A program made the translations under genes and the position numbers. This document shows, one piece after another, positions 20,885 to 31,949 of a DNA stretch of 64,000 nucleotides; within the stretch, counting starts at the first letter, position 1; each line of letters opens with the position of its first letter. This DNA comes from Candidatus Latescibacterota bacterium (GTDB lineage Bacteria > Latescibacterota > UBA2968): assembly GCA_965198115.1 (NCBI GenBank), contig OZ240241.1, positions 7,968,001 through 8,032,000 on the forward strand. Reading direction: 5' to 3'. Below the pieces are notes generated by a model. The model saw only the letters and a program-made list of their open reading frames with translations. It had not been told where the DNA came from and searched no databases.

Positions 20885-22045
20885 GTGTTCTGCGAAGCTT
20901 ACCTTCAAGCCCTGATCGACGGTGCCGAATCAATACGGCCCCACCTGCTCCATATCACCAGCACGGCCGAATCCGCCGCATTCCGTCTCATCAATGGTGG
21001 CGATCTCTACATCGCCAGCGTCAGGCCCGACTTCGTGTCTGAAGGATACGTGCGCTCCGGCGGCTTGATGATGCTGCGCGAATACGAATCCGGCGCACCC
21101 TCACAAGAGGACGTCGTCATCGCCGGCTGGTCGGACACGGACGCTGAAGCGGACCGTAGCCTCGTCTCCGAGCTCGGCGAATCCGGAGCCTTCACCGTTG
21201 GCATCGGTCCCCAAGCAAATCAAGTTTCTGACCAGGTCGATGCACATCTCCCCAGCGCGCCACCCTGTCCCGATGCCGTTCTGTCCCAGCTCGACGGCCA
21301 GCCCTATCCGCTCGTATCTCTCCAGAATCTGGTCCTCCTCTGGACATTCACCGGAGAGCTCGTCGCCGCGCTCACCCGAGAGGGCATCATGCCTGTCTTG
21401 TATCAGAGCGTGCTCGTACCGGGTGCGCGCGATCGCAACGCATCCTTCGAAACCCGCCGCTTCCATCCGGCCCACGACGTGTCGGACGTCCCTTCGGGTC
21501 AGCTCGGCGGTTCTTTTCTCGAAAGAATCTCCATCTGCCTGAAATCCCTGCTCGTCGAGGCACCCGCGCTCGAGCGTGCCTCGACGATCGCGGTCGATAC
21601 GCTGAACGGCGGCAAAAACATCCACGCCTTCCTCTTGTCCCACTTCCCGGTTCATCAGGCCGGAGCGCCCGGCGATCCGGGCTATGTCCAGCGGCTCGAG
21701 ACGTGGAAAGGCGAAGACCCCGATCTCGACGAGCTCGAACGCAAGCTCGAGCCTGGCGACCTCTTCTTCTTCCTGGGCTACTACCGACGCCCGGTCGAGG
21801 CTTACGAGATCGCGCGAAGCCGGCAATGTCGCATCCTTGAAGTCATCACAGGTGCCGACGACCAGCCCGCCGACGTCGGTCACGAGCCGGACCACAGGAT
21901 CGATCCCGGCTGGCACTACACCGACTCGCTCGTCGACGTACCGGGTTACGACGTCCGGATCCTCCCTGCTTCAGGCATCGTGCAGGCCGCGGTTTATTGG
22001 TCCGTCATCGGCCAGATCACCAAGCTGCTCAAAGAGTCATCTTGA
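20885..22045 (+). CDS. Hypothetical protein, possibly two SIS (sugar-isomerase)-like domains
   Basis: 386-aa ORF with FVSEGYVRSGGLM and DVRILPASG. Family assignment is tentative. Confidence 0.6.
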   Translation: MFCEAYLQALIDGAESIRPHLLHITSTAESAAFRLINGGDLYIASVRPDFVSEGYVRSGGLMMLREYESGAPSQEDVVIAGWSDTDAEADRSLVSELGESGAFTVGIGPQANQVSDQVDAHLPSAPPCPDAVLSQLDGQPYPLVSLQNLVLLWTFTGELVAALTREGIMPVLYQSVLVPGARDRNASFETRRFHPAHDVSDVPSGQLGGSFLERISICLKSLLVEAPALERASTIAVDTLNGGKNIHAFLLSHFPVHQAGAPGDPGYVQRLETWKGEDPDLDELERKLEPGDLFFFLGYYRRPVEAYEIARSRQCRILEVITGADDQPADVGHEPDHRIDPGWHYTDSLVDVPGYDVRILPASGIVQAAVYWSVIGQITKLLKESS

Positions 22046-22084
22046 TATCGTCCTGGAGACAAAGAACCACGGGGAAGACGCAGC

Positions 22085-22108
22085 GTCAGTTCGAGCGGAG
22101 TCGAGAAC
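22085..22108 (+). repeat. Short REP-like hairpin GTCAGTTCGAGCGGAGTCGAGAAC
   Basis: Compact relative of the GTCATTTCGA...GAGAAAT family. Confidence 0.5.
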
Positions 22109-22285
22109 TTGCTCATCGACCAAGTCCCAAGCCCCTACTGTCGGAGCTAGTATGCGGATAGGCCCGTCCTATGAACGAAAAGCCGAACTCGTGTCCATCG
22201 TATTCGGCGGCATGGCTCGTTGAACACCAGTACTGCTGGGTCATTGATGAGGAGTTGAAATCATAGACCATGCCCAGGGCCCGCC

Positions 22286-22487
22286 TGTCATTTCGACACG
22301 GTTTCGTTTGGACACTGCTTCGCCCGTGTGATATCAATTGATCTGTGGAGAAATCCACGCAGGGAAGTGATGGACCCGCGCTGACGAAAACGGTGAGAGC
22401 TTCACGCGCTCAACTTCGCCTATCATTTCGCGCAGGATCTCTCACCCGATTGAGAGGCGCTTCGCGTGAGTCGGGTTCGAGATGACA
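22286..22487. repeat. Inverted doublet of GTCAT(T/C)TCGA...GAGA(A/G)ATCC REP-like elements
   Basis: Plus copy at 22286-22356. Minus copy at 22435-22487 (rc TGTCATCTCGA-ACCCGA...TCGGGT-GAGAGATCC). Confidence 0.7.
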
Positions 22488-22543
22488 AGCCCGCCATCGT
22501 TCGGCAACAACTTTTGACAACAGCGTGTCGCAAAGGAGACCCC

Positions 22544-23461
22544 ATGACACCCTTTCAGCAAAGACTCCAAGGCAGCATCCCCGCCATCGTCACCCCCCTG
22601 AACGAAGACTTCACGGTTGACGCCGAGGGCATCCGCAAAGTCGCGGCCAGGGCGATCGACCACGGCTCACGAGGGGTCGTCGTCGTCGGCACATCCGGCG
22701 AATTCGCCGGAATCGATGACGACCAACGAGAGATCGCGATCCGTTCCGTCGTCGACGAAATCGGTGACCGGGCTCCCGTCATCGTCGGCTGTGGCCAGCC
22801 GAACGTCCGTCGCACGCACGAGCAGGCAAAGGCAGCGGCCGACTTGGGCGCTGACGGCATTCTCGTCAACCCACCCTTTTACTTCCCCATGTCTCAGGAC
22901 GAGGTCGTTGGTTTCTTCGCCGGTCTCGTCGACGCCTCTCCGATCCCCGTCATGCTCTACAACATCCCCGGGATGACGAAGGTTTCCGTCGAGCCGGCCA
23001 CCATCCCGCGATTGGCTGACGTCGGCGTGCAGGGCACCAAAGACAGCTCCGGAAGCCCTGCCAATACACTCGCTTACCTCAAAGCCCTCGGACCCGACTC
23101 CGATTTCCGCGTGGTCGTCGGTGGCGAGACGTTCCTTCTCCACCTGCTCGACGCCGGTGTCTGTGCCACCACCGGTCTTGTCCCTGGTATTGCTCCACAG
23201 CTTGCCGCACGCGTCCACGACGCCTGGTGCAACGGTGACTACGTGGCCGGTTTCGCCGCCCAGCATAGGTGCAATGAGTTCTCCAGCACCCTTCGGGGAC
23301 TGAGCACCTTTGGCCAGGCGACCGGAAAGGCCGTACTGAGTCGGCTCGGCCTGATCCAGAAATGGGTCGCGCCTCCGAAGACACCCATGTCCGATGAAGA
23401 AGCCGATCGCGCCTTCGAGGCCGTAAAGGGTTTCCTCCCGGAGTTCGAAGGCAACGAATGA
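22544..23461 (+). CDS. Dihydrodipicolinate synthase/N-acetylneuraminate lyase family aldolase
   Basis: Motifs PAIVTP, GTSGEF, LYNIP, GTKDS. RBS AGGAG precedes ATG 22544. Confidence 0.88.
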   Translation: MTPFQQRLQGSIPAIVTPLNEDFTVDAEGIRKVAARAIDHGSRGVVVVGTSGEFAGIDDDQREIAIRSVVDEIGDRAPVIVGCGQPNVRRTHEQAKAAADLGADGILVNPPFYFPMSQDEVVGFFAGLVDASPIPVMLYNIPGMTKVSVEPATIPRLADVGVQGTKDSSGSPANTLAYLKALGPDSDFRVVVGGETFLLHLLDAGVCATTGLVPGIAPQLAARVHDAWCNGDYVAGFAAQHRCNEFSSTLRGLSTFGQATGKAVLSRLGLIQKWVAPPKTPMSDEEADRAFEAVKGFLPEFEGNE

Positions 23462-23489
23462 TTTTTCCGTTCCTCTGACGCAGGCGAAA

Positions 23490-25919
23490 ATGGACGACGA
23501 AACGATCAGACTGGGCGTCACAGATTGCGGCATCATCAGCAAAACACACGTACGTGCAGCTCGCGATGTCCAGGGCGTCGAAGTTGCGGCCGCGTGTAGC
23601 CGCAATTCGGAAAAGGTCGCAGCCTACTGTGACGAGCACGGCATCCCCAACCGGTTCACCGATTGGCGTGAGATGCTGGCGAGCGATTCAATCGATGCCG
23701 TCATCATCTGCCTGCCCGACGGGCTGCACGAACCGGCGACCCTCGAGGCCGCAAAGCACGGCAAGCACGTGTTGGTCGAAAAACCGATGGCGACCGATCT
23801 GGGTCGGAGCCGTTCGATGGTCGAGGCCACGGACAAAGTGGGCGTGGTTCTGATGGTCGCACAGATGGTGCGTCAGTTTAAAGGCTCTATCCGGGTTTCT
23901 CAACGGTGAAACTATAGAATGACAAGGTCATAGATCGTTCCCTACGCTTGGTTGTGTGTGTAGGACAATCAAAGCGAAGGGGGTGCGACCTATGACCGGG
24001 AGCAGATTACTATCGAAACTGCTGAGATTCAAGAGGTTCCGTGTTGTCAGCTGGTGGTTTGAGGGGAGAAGCTGTTTCGTCATCGCCGTAAAGCCACATA
24101 AGAATGGTTGTTGTTGTCCGGAGTGCGGCCGTCGAGGCAAAATCGTCCGCACAATGCCCCATCCGCGTCGGTGGCGTGACATTCCGGTGTGCGGGTGGAG
24201 GGTCTGGCTTCTCTACCATCCTCGGGAGATTCGGTGTCCTACCCACGGTCGTGTGGTCGAGGAGATTCCGTGGGCGGAGCGGTTCTCTCGGGTGACGTAT
24301 CGCTTCGAGTATGCCATGCTGCGCTACTGCCAGACCATGACGCAGAAGGCGGCGTCCGAGTTACTGCGCATCTCTGCCTCGACGCTGTCGGATCTCCTTC
24401 ACCGATCCATCACGCGGCTTCGTGAAGGTCATCGTATCCGAGGGCTCAAAACCATCGGGATCGACGAGATCTCCTACGCCAAGCGTCACAGGTACGCCAC
24501 GCTCGTTTACGATCTGGACCGCTCCTGCGTGGTGTGGGTTGGCCGCGGCAGGGCGCGTAAAACGATCGATCGGTTCTTCACAGAGGCTCTCAGTCCCTAC
24601 CAGAGATCCAAGATCGAGTGGGCCTGCTGCGACATGAGCGAAGCTTACATCGGAGCCATCCAGGAACACTGTCCGAATGCCAAGCTGGTCCTCGATCGCT
24701 TTCACATCGTCAAGGCTCTCAATGCCGCCGTTGACGAGGTCCGTAAGGACCAGTGGCGTAAAGCTGCCCCGGATGAGCGCAAAGCCATGAAGGGCCTCCG
24801 ATGGCTCCTCTACCGGCACTCAGCGACACGCTCCAGAGGGGATACTCGGACACTCAAAGCACTGGAGAAGGCGAACTACCGAATCTATAGAGCCTGGAGA
24901 CTCAAGGACGAGTTCGAGCAGTTCTGGGAATACAAAGCGCCCTGGGCTGCCGAACGCTTCCTGAAATGCTGGACGACGTCCGCACTCAGAAGTCGACGTG
25001 AACCCCTGCGAAAGTTCGTCAGGACCCTGCGACAGCACTTCTTCGGCGTCCTCGCATTCGTGAACACGCGTCTTACCAACGCCATCGCCGAAGGCCTCAA
25101 CCGAATCGTCCAAATCGTCAAGAACCGAGCCAGCGGATTCCGCACACTCGACGCATTACGATATGATCTTCCTTACCGTCGGAGACATAAACATCCCTGA
25201 GCAGATTCCGAAGAGGTTCCGCACACTCTAACCGCGCCCCCATGCCAGGAACCACGGCACCTTCACCCACTTCATCTCGTTGAGAGATCCGGATATAGCC
25301 GTTTAAAAGCCATCGCATTGCCAAGGAGATGATTCAGAAGGGGAGGATCGGCTCTGTCACCAGAGCCACGCGGAGGCGACATTGGCTTCTTGGACCCGCC
25401 CTTGAACAGGGTGCGAAACGGCCCTGGATGGCAGACCCGCAGCTTTGCAAGGATGCGCTGTTGTACGGCCTCGGTTCTCACGAGTTCGACGCACTCTTGT
25501 GGCTCTTCGAATCGGAAGCAAAGGAAGTTCTCGCCAAGGGCGAGAAGGAGAAATCCGTCTGGGGGGGATGGCTGTGGATCGAGACATCGGGCAGGCTTCA
25601 GAGTGGTGTGGAGCTTTCCGTCTCGATGTCTCTCGACGCTGAGGAAAGGATGTGGGATACCGTGATCGAGGGCTCGGAAGGAACGATGACGCTCTACGAG
25701 GACAGGATCGTCATCGAAGGAGAAGACATCTCCGATCTCTCACGTGATGACGCTTTCGTTTTACAGCTCGAAGAGTTCGCCCAATGCATTCGAGGAGATT
25801 GGACGCCTGGTCCGTCTGGAAAGAATGTGCTGTCGACGATGGCGGTGCTCGATGGGGTGGCTGAATCGCTGGACACCGAAGGATTGGTCGAGATCGAGGA
25901 ATTGAGTGTAGAGTGGTGA
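23490..25919 (+). pseudogene. Gfo/Idh/MocA oxidoreductase interrupted by ISL3
   Basis: HVLVEKPMA in the 5' half. Removing the IS restores in-frame VRQFKSHRIAKEMIQKGRIG. Confidence 0.88.
23883..25300 (+). mobile_element. ISL3-family IS (copy 2), duplication GTTTAAA; transposase from 23956 with a 2-nt indel near 25158
   Basis: Near-identical to 16621-18041 in opposite orientation. Direct repeats at 23876-23882 and 25301-25307. Confidence 0.92.
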
Positions 25920-25946
25920 GCCGGGGAGGTTTATCGCCTGCGCGAT

Positions 25947-26065
25947 TGTGCGCCGACCGGTTTCAGGTGTCGCGAATACTTTCTCCGACGGCGGCGCGTA
26001 CCTTTCGTCCCTACTAATAGACCCGGGGCTTCGCCCCGGGCTAAGATATCCCGCCCTTTCAGGGC
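25947..26065. repeat. REP-like composite repeat
   Basis: Hairpins CCCGGGGCTTCGCCCCGGG and GCCCTTTCAGGGC. Related sequences at 18050-18153, 41573-41606 and 55132-55165. Confidence 0.65.
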
Positions 26066-26136
26066 GGAGACCCTAAAAACCCTCCGCCGTAAGGTGAGAT
26101 CGATCGCCTAGGAGTCCCGTACGGAGTGAGTTATCT

Positions 26137-27240
26137 TCACCTGCTTGCGAGAATCTGCCTTACGGACTCCAGGTACTCGTCATCTACAGGAAGTGTCCAA
26201 CCACCGAGATCCTTACCACAATCGGTGCAAATGCGTATGTGAGGTTTAAGTGCTCCTCCACAATACGCGCACTGAATCATCCATGCCTGATCAGGACGAA
26301 GAACGTTCAGGGGATGAACGAGCCCCGTCTGTCTATGAATCTCCTCTGCAATCCTCATCGTATACAAGAGGCATTCCAATGGAAATAGAGGTTCTTCGTT
26401 TCCCCTTACGCACTCCAGAAAATGTCGGTGCTCCAGTTCAAGTGAGTCACCGACCGTCGTGAACGCTTCTGGTTCCTTTTCACGAGCATATTCTACGTGA
26501 GCCTGATTCCTCCTTCTCAGACTTACATGCGTATTGGCACCGTAGGCTTCATAAGTCTCTGTGTTGAACCCTTGGCCGCCGTACCGGCTGATCAAGACGC
26601 CGCGACCTCCTCCAGCGAACACGATGTTCGCAACCACGGTTTCTTTTCTGGCCGGGTCGAAGTCACCCTCAACGATGATGCGTTCGGGTTCACCACCTGT
26701 GCAAGCGAGGACGTCGATAGCGTGGATGGTTCCATTGATAATGGTCCAGGGTGACTCGTAGGTCGAACGGAGCCATCGTGCGTTGCACAACTGCACGGGC
26801 TCCTCAAGGCGAGAGATTACCTGATGCCAGGTGAATCTCCGATTGAATCCCACGACCAATGTCTTTCCTGTTTCCCTGGCGACCCGCACGATGTCTTCAG
26901 TCTCTTCGATCAGGATTCCCGGGGGTTTTTCCACAAAAACGGGCAGTCCCGCTCGCAGACAAGTTGTGGTCATCCGGTGATGCAGCCAGTCGGAGGTCAA
27001 GATGAAGACGCAGTCTAATCCGCCTTCGTGTAGCATGTCCTCCATTGTGTCGAATGTTTTGTTGAAACCAAATCTGTCCCCCGCATTCTTCCGCCGATCC
27101 TCGTCCACTTCAGCCAGTGACTGCAACACCACATCGTCGTACTTGCTCAGCCGCTGCAGATGGTTTGTTCCCATACCCCCTGCGCCGACAACTCCTACTC
27201 GCATGACTTCCCTTTCCGTTATAGAGTCAGATTGTGTCAT
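26137..27240 (-). CDS. Gfo/Idh/MocA oxidoreductase with C-terminal zinc ribbon
   Basis: Motifs GAGGMG, VFVEKPP, VGFNRRF; CAYC...CTDC at the C-terminus. Confidence 0.85.
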   Translation of the reverse strand: MTQSDSITEREVMRVGVVGAGGMGTNHLQRLSKYDDVVLQSLAEVDEDRRKNAGDRFGFNKTFDTMEDMLHEGGLDCVFILTSDWLHHRMTTTCLRAGLPVFVEKPPGILIEETEDIVRVARETGKTLVVGFNRRFTWHQVISRLEEPVQLCNARWLRSTYESPWTIINGTIHAIDVLACTGGEPERIIVEGDFDPARKETVVANIVFAGGGRGVLISRYGGQGFNTETYEAYGANTHVSLRRRNQAHVEYAREKEPEAFTTVGDSLELEHRHFLECVRGNEEPLFPLECLLYTMRIAEEIHRQTGLVHPLNVLRPDQAWMIQCAYCGGALKPHIRICTDCGKDLGGWTLPVDDEYLESVRQILASR

Positions 27241-27323
27241 CTTATTCTAATCGCGACGCCAGGCTACGGCAACTCTGTCTCCGTCATCAGTTCTGACCTC
27301 TAATCTCCCACGCGGAGAAGCGC

Positions 27324-28808
27324 GTGTACGGCAATAATCTTCACGACCCCGGTCTCCACCTCTTCCTCGACGACGAGGAGGTACAGGACCATCCCGGCTT
27401 CACGCGTAAAGTGCAGCACCCTCAGCGCGTCCAACCCGAACCGGTCTTGAAGCCCGATCGGCCCTGGGAAGGCCACGCCGTCCAATTGTGGGGATCGGTG
27501 CTATACGACGACGATGAGAACTGCTTCAAGATGTGGTATACCTCCGTGAGCGACGATCTCTATCGGCGCACCGGGCACGGCCACTTCGTGTGCTATGCCA
27601 CGTCCCAAGATGGAATCGCGTGGGAAAAGCCGGAGCTCGGCATCGTCCCGTGCGACGGATCCAGCGCCAACAATATCGTCTATCCGACCCCGCAGCATCC
27701 ATACGGCATGGACCACTGGGGTGTCATCAAAGACCCGTCGGAACCGGACCCCGACAAACGTTTCAAGATGGGGATGTATCAGCAGCGTCCGGGGGTGGAT
27801 GCACCCGAAGAAGATCCCGAGATGTCACGCGATGAACGCAACGCCCTGCGGAAGGTGTTGTTCGACAAGATCCGGGACCATCACGGTATGTACGCAGCCT
27901 TCTCGCCGGACGGGATACACTGGACACTGGGCGACCAGAATTGCGTTCCCCGTTCCGGCGATGCGGGCACGTTCGTCTATGACCCCACGCACCAACGCTA
28001 CGTTGCCGTCTCTCGTCGTTACGAATCTTTGACGGACCATTTCGTGCTGGAGTGGAAGCAGTGGCGTCGCGTCATCGCCCTGTCAACGAGCGAAGACTTC
28101 GTTCACTGGACACCTCTCAGAACCATTCTCAAGCCGGATGACTTCGACGATCCCATCGGTCAGATGTATGTGATGACCCCCTTCGTCTACGGCAGTCAAT
28201 ACATCGGCTTCATCGGCATGCTGCACTCGGCCACCGAACTGGGTCCGGTGCAGCTGGCCACGGCTCGCGATATCGATCACTGGCATCGGGTCGGACGGCG
28301 TGAAGAGTTCCTGCCCGTGGGTTCGCCGGGCGCCTGGGACGGGGCGTGGTCTTCTCTCTCTTCAAACCCACCCGCTCTAGTCGGTGATACGTTGCACATG
28401 TGGTATTCCGGTCGCCCGCAGGCTCACGGTACCGAGGGCCGGTTCTCCAGTTCCATCGGTATGGTGACCTTGCGTAAAGATGGCTTCATCGCTCTGCGAT
28501 GCGGCACCAGAGGCGGTGAACTGATGACCGAACCCGTCGAGGTGACGGGCCCGAGACTCTCCCTAAACGCCACCTGCCTGTTCGGTCGGAATCAGGTCCG
28601 AGTCATCGACGACGTCACCATACCTGACGGATACGACTTTCCCGATTGCAACGGCTTTGAGCGTCAGGACGCCACGGACGTTCCGATCGCCTGGGGATCC
28701 GAACGACGGAATCTGGCCCCTCTTGTCGGTAAGAAAATTCGGCTTCACATCCAGGCCGACAACGCTACCAGTCTGTTTGCCTACCGCTTCGGCCATAGTT
28801 CCTCTTGA
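27324..28808 (+). CDS. Five-bladed beta-propeller, glycoside hydrolase (GH32/43)-like protein
   Basis: Motifs LFLDD, PDRPWE, FKMWY, SQDGIAWEKP, SPDGIHW, LRKDGF. Confidence 0.65.
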   Translation: MYGNNLHDPGLHLFLDDEEVQDHPGFTRKVQHPQRVQPEPVLKPDRPWEGHAVQLWGSVLYDDDENCFKMWYTSVSDDLYRRTGHGHFVCYATSQDGIAWEKPELGIVPCDGSSANNIVYPTPQHPYGMDHWGVIKDPSEPDPDKRFKMGMYQQRPGVDAPEEDPEMSRDERNALRKVLFDKIRDHHGMYAAFSPDGIHWTLGDQNCVPRSGDAGTFVYDPTHQRYVAVSRRYESLTDHFVLEWKQWRRVIALSTSEDFVHWTPLRTILKPDDFDDPIGQMYVMTPFVYGSQYIGFIGMLHSATELGPVQLATARDIDHWHRVGRREEFLPVGSPGAWDGAWSSLSSNPPALVGDTLHMWYSGRPQAHGTEGRFSSSIGMVTLRKDGFIALRCGTRGGELMTEPVEVTGPRLSLNATCLFGRNQVRVIDDVTIPDGYDFPDCNGFERQDATDVPIAWGSERRNLAPLVGKKIRLHIQADNATSLFAYRFGHSSS

Positions 28809-28817
28809 GGTTTACAG

Positions 28818-29387
28818 GTGGTCTCCGACGCCAAGGCCAACGACGAAAACCCGGCCGTTGTTCTGATCTTCGGCCATAACTGCGCCGGCAAGTCCACGGT
28901 GGGTCAGGCACTCGCCGGGCTGTTCGAAAAGGGCGCCTTCATCGAGGTAGACGAACTCCGCTACAAGGTCGTTGGGGGTCTCGTCGCCTACAGCGGAGGC
29001 GCCAAACCCAAGGACGCGCCTGAAGAGTATGCGGCGCAGTGCAGACTGGGCGAAGAAAATACCGTCCTCCTCGCGCGAAACTACGCAACGCATGGCTTCT
29101 CGAGCGTCATCGAGGGGCTGGGCGAAGATTGTCGTCCGGGCACCGGCTGGGCGGAAGCCCAGTTCGGAGAGCTACCCGTACTCCACGTGCTGCTAATGTG
29201 CGATCACGAAACAGCCCTCGCCCGGATGATCGAACGCGGGTGGAAACGCGACGGCCTGTCAAAGGGTTTCAAACGGGACCAAGCCTGGTATCAAGACAAT
29301 CAGGAGCAGTTCGACATCACCGTTAGCACCGACGAACACTCGGTCGTGGAAGCCGCACAACACATCTACGAAAGAGTCCGATCCTGA
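28818..29387 (+). CDS. P-loop small-molecule kinase (AAA_33-like)
   Basis: Walker A GHNCAGKST. Confidence 0.75.
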   Translation: MVSDAKANDENPAVVLIFGHNCAGKSTVGQALAGLFEKGAFIEVDELRYKVVGGLVAYSGGAKPKDAPEEYAAQCRLGEENTVLLARNYATHGFSSVIEGLGEDCRPGTGWAEAQFGELPVLHVLLMCDHETALARMIERGWKRDGLSKGFKRDQAWYQDNQEQFDITVSTDEHSVVEAAQHIYERVRS

Positions 29388-29470
29388 TCGCGAGAAATGA
29401 TCCCACTGCAATACACTCAGGCTAAAGCCTGCGACTATGCTATTGCGGGCAATCCACCCACTGCCTACAG

Positions 29471-29497
29471 GTTCGCAGCCGGGAGGCTGCTCCCACC
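29471..29497 (-). repeat. GTGG-type REP-like hairpin
   Basis: rc GGTGGGAGCAGCCTCCCGGCTGCGAAC matches 57645-57671 GGTGGGAGCAGTCTCCCGACTACGAAC. Confidence 0.6.
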
Positions 29498-29506
29498 GTT
29501 CACAGT

Positions 29507-30871
29507 TTACTTCTCCCTCTTCTCCACTTCTTCACTCCAAGGGTTTAGTCGATCGGGAATCTCGCCCTCGAGTATCGGATCGCCGGTCTCCGCCATCCAC
29601 CGATCGACTCGACCGCTCAGATCCGTTTTGATCGATTCGAACGCGGGATCGTCGACCAGATTCAGCGTCTCGTTCGGATCACCCTCCAGATCGAACAGTT
29701 CTTCACGATCCCTGGGCTCGGTCATGGGCGGCCACAGATAGTTCCAGACAACCTCGTATTCTGTCCCTAACCGATCTTCTACCTCGTTCGGCAGCCAGTA
29801 GCGCATCGGACGCTCTGCCAGATGCCGGATATACCGGAATCTGTCCGTTCGTACGGCACGCATTGGATCGAAGTAGGAGTTCGGTTGATTCGTCGAGAGG
29901 GGTTCTCCATTGGGGGTCCCGCTGTGGTAGTTCCGTTCCAGAAAGACCTGCGCGTGAGGTGTGTACGCTTCACCCTTTAGCAGGGGGGCGAATGACTTTC
30001 CTTGCACTCGATCTGGAATCTCCACCTTCGCCAAGTCGAGAAGCGTCGGGGTATAGTCGATGTTCTGAACCAGGTGGTCGACAGTCATCGCGGATACACC
30101 CGGCACCTGCATCAACAGCGAAATCCCCGAGCCTGCTTCATAGATCGTCGGCTTGGCACGAGGAGCCGCTACCCCGTGGTCGTTCGTGAACACCACGACG
30201 GTATTGTCCCGATAACCGAGCCGATCGACGGCCTCGAACAATGAGCCCAGGTGATGGTCCATGTACCGGATGCAACCCTGAAAGAACGCCAGTTCCTTCC
30301 GCGTTTGCGGCGTATCAGGAAGAAACGGCGGCACGTAGACGTCATCGGGCGCCCAGGGCTCGAAGACGGTTGCTCGCCCCCTACGATTGATGCTACCCCA
30401 CTGGCCCGGATGGGTTTCCGCCGTGGCGATGTTCAAATAGAATGGCTGGTCCGATCCCTGATGACCTTTGAGGTAGGTCACGGCATCCCCCAGGGCGTCC
30501 TCCACGTATCTGCTTTCGTGCACGAGATGATAGCGATTGTTTTCGCGAACGTTCCGCTCGTGTTGAATCCCGCAGTTGACCGTTTCATAACCTGCCGTGT
30601 TCAGATCGTCCACGATCGTCTGGCGTTCCACCGGCAGACTCCAACCCCGGTTCACCAGACCCATGAGCCCGTTGGAATGCGAGTATTGCCCCGTCATCAC
30701 GCAACCTCGTGACGGACTGCACGCCACCGCATTCGTGTATGCCCGGTTGAACTGAATCCCCTCCGCCGCGAAGCGGTCCAGGTTGGGCGTTTCAACACCC
30801 GCACCATAGCAACCGAGTTGCTTTCCCAGGTCGTGACAGACGAAGTAAATGATGTTCAGTCGATCATCCAT
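29507..30871 (-). CDS. Sulfatase (formylglycine-dependent, sulfamidase-like)
   Basis: Signature CSPSRG; also HDLG, TPNLD, DHG, EELFDL. Confidence 0.92.
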   Translation of the reverse strand: MDDRLNIIYFVCHDLGKQLGCYGAGVETPNLDRFAAEGIQFNRAYTNAVACSPSRGCVMTGQYSHSNGLMGLVNRGWSLPVERQTIVDDLNTAGYETVNCGIQHERNVRENNRYHLVHESRYVEDALGDAVTYLKGHQGSDQPFYLNIATAETHPGQWGSINRRGRATVFEPWAPDDVYVPPFLPDTPQTRKELAFFQGCIRYMDHHLGSLFEAVDRLGYRDNTVVVFTNDHGVAAPRAKPTIYEAGSGISLLMQVPGVSAMTVDHLVQNIDYTPTLLDLAKVEIPDRVQGKSFAPLLKGEAYTPHAQVFLERNYHSGTPNGEPLSTNQPNSYFDPMRAVRTDRFRYIRHLAERPMRYWLPNEVEDRLGTEYEVVWNYLWPPMTEPRDREELFDLEGDPNETLNLVDDPAFESIKTDLSGRVDRWMAETGDPILEGEIPDRLNPWSEEVEKREK

Positions 30872-31145
30872 TAAGCTTGCTCCTGTTTCTCCGCGTCAAC
30901 GCGATGCAGCGCGCCACGCAGACACATCGGCAGGTTTGACTGGATTCTATAGATGTGGCTTTTTAGGGCTTGGAGAATAGAGGAGTAGCGTGTGGATATC
31001 AAGGAGCTTAGGTCTACGTGCAGAAGCGGCTAGTATGGGGAGGTTCACGTAAGTTTCATACCGATCTGGAGACGCTGGATGCGTAGCCGTGCGTGTGGCT
31101 GGTCGGCTGGGATGGAATCCAGGAATACACATAGGGGGAACATTC

Positions 31146-31904
31146 ATGGCTGGGCAATTTGAAAACCGGGTTGCGCTGATTACGGGTGGCAACTCGGGCA
31201 TTGGTCGAGCAACGGCGATCCAGTTCGCTGAAGAAGGCGCAAGGGTGGTCGTTGCTGCACGGCGGGTCACAAAGGGACGTGAGACGGTGCGTGCGATCAA
31301 GGCCGTGGGTGGCGAGGCGATGTTCATCAAAACCGACGTATCAAAGAGCAAAGACGTCAAAGCCACGGTGGAGAAGACGGTTGCCGCCTATGGCCGGCTG
31401 GATTTCGCGTTCAACAATGCGGGTGTGGGTGGGGGAGGATTGGCTCATGAGCTGGAGGAGAAGGTGTGGGACCGGGTCATCGATACCAACCTCAAAGGGG
31501 TGTGGCTGTGCATGAAATATGAGATTGCGCAGATGCACAAAAATGGCGGTGGGGCCATCGTCAACAATTCGTCAGTCGCCGGGCTGCTCACACCGCGCAG
31601 GTTTACGGCTTACAGTGCGAGCAAACACGGCGTGAACGCCATTACCAAGGTGGCTGCGGTTGAAAACGCTGAAGCCGGGATTCGCATCAATGCCGTCTGT
31701 CCGGGATGGATCGAAACGCCAATGACCGAGGGTGTCTTCAATGATCCAGAACGCTCGGCGCAGATCCTTGGATCTCACCCGATGGGTCGCGTAGGGCGGC
31801 CGCACGAGATTTCCGACGCGGTGATCTGGCTCTGCTCGGAGGCATCTTCTTATGTGACGGGCCAGGCGCTCGTGGTCGATGGTGGGCTGGTTCCAGGCAG
31901 GTGA
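31146..31904 (+). CDS. Short-chain dehydrogenase/reductase
   Basis: Motifs [21 protein letters not shown]. Confidence 0.92.
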   Translation: MAGQFENRVALITGGNSGIGRATAIQFAEEGARVVVAARRVTKGRETVRAIKAVGGEAMFIKTDVSKSKDVKATVEKTVAAYGRLDFAFNNAGVGGGGLAHELEEKVWDRVIDTNLKGVWLCMKYEIAQMHKNGGGAIVNNSSVAGLLTPRRFTAYSASKHGVNAITKVAAVENAEAGIRINAVCPGWIETPMTEGVFNDPERSAQILGSHPMGRVGRPHEISDAVIWLCSEASSYVTGQALVVDGGLVPGR

Positions 31905-31949
31905 AAACATTTTGTCTACCGATTGCGTAAGGTGAAATAGCGCCGACCC

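Noticed and set aside
16621-25300. Composite transposon bounded by the two inverted ISL3 copies
   Set aside because: Each copy has its own target duplication (ATATTTGT; GTTTAAA) and its own reconstitutable target, so these are independent insertions.
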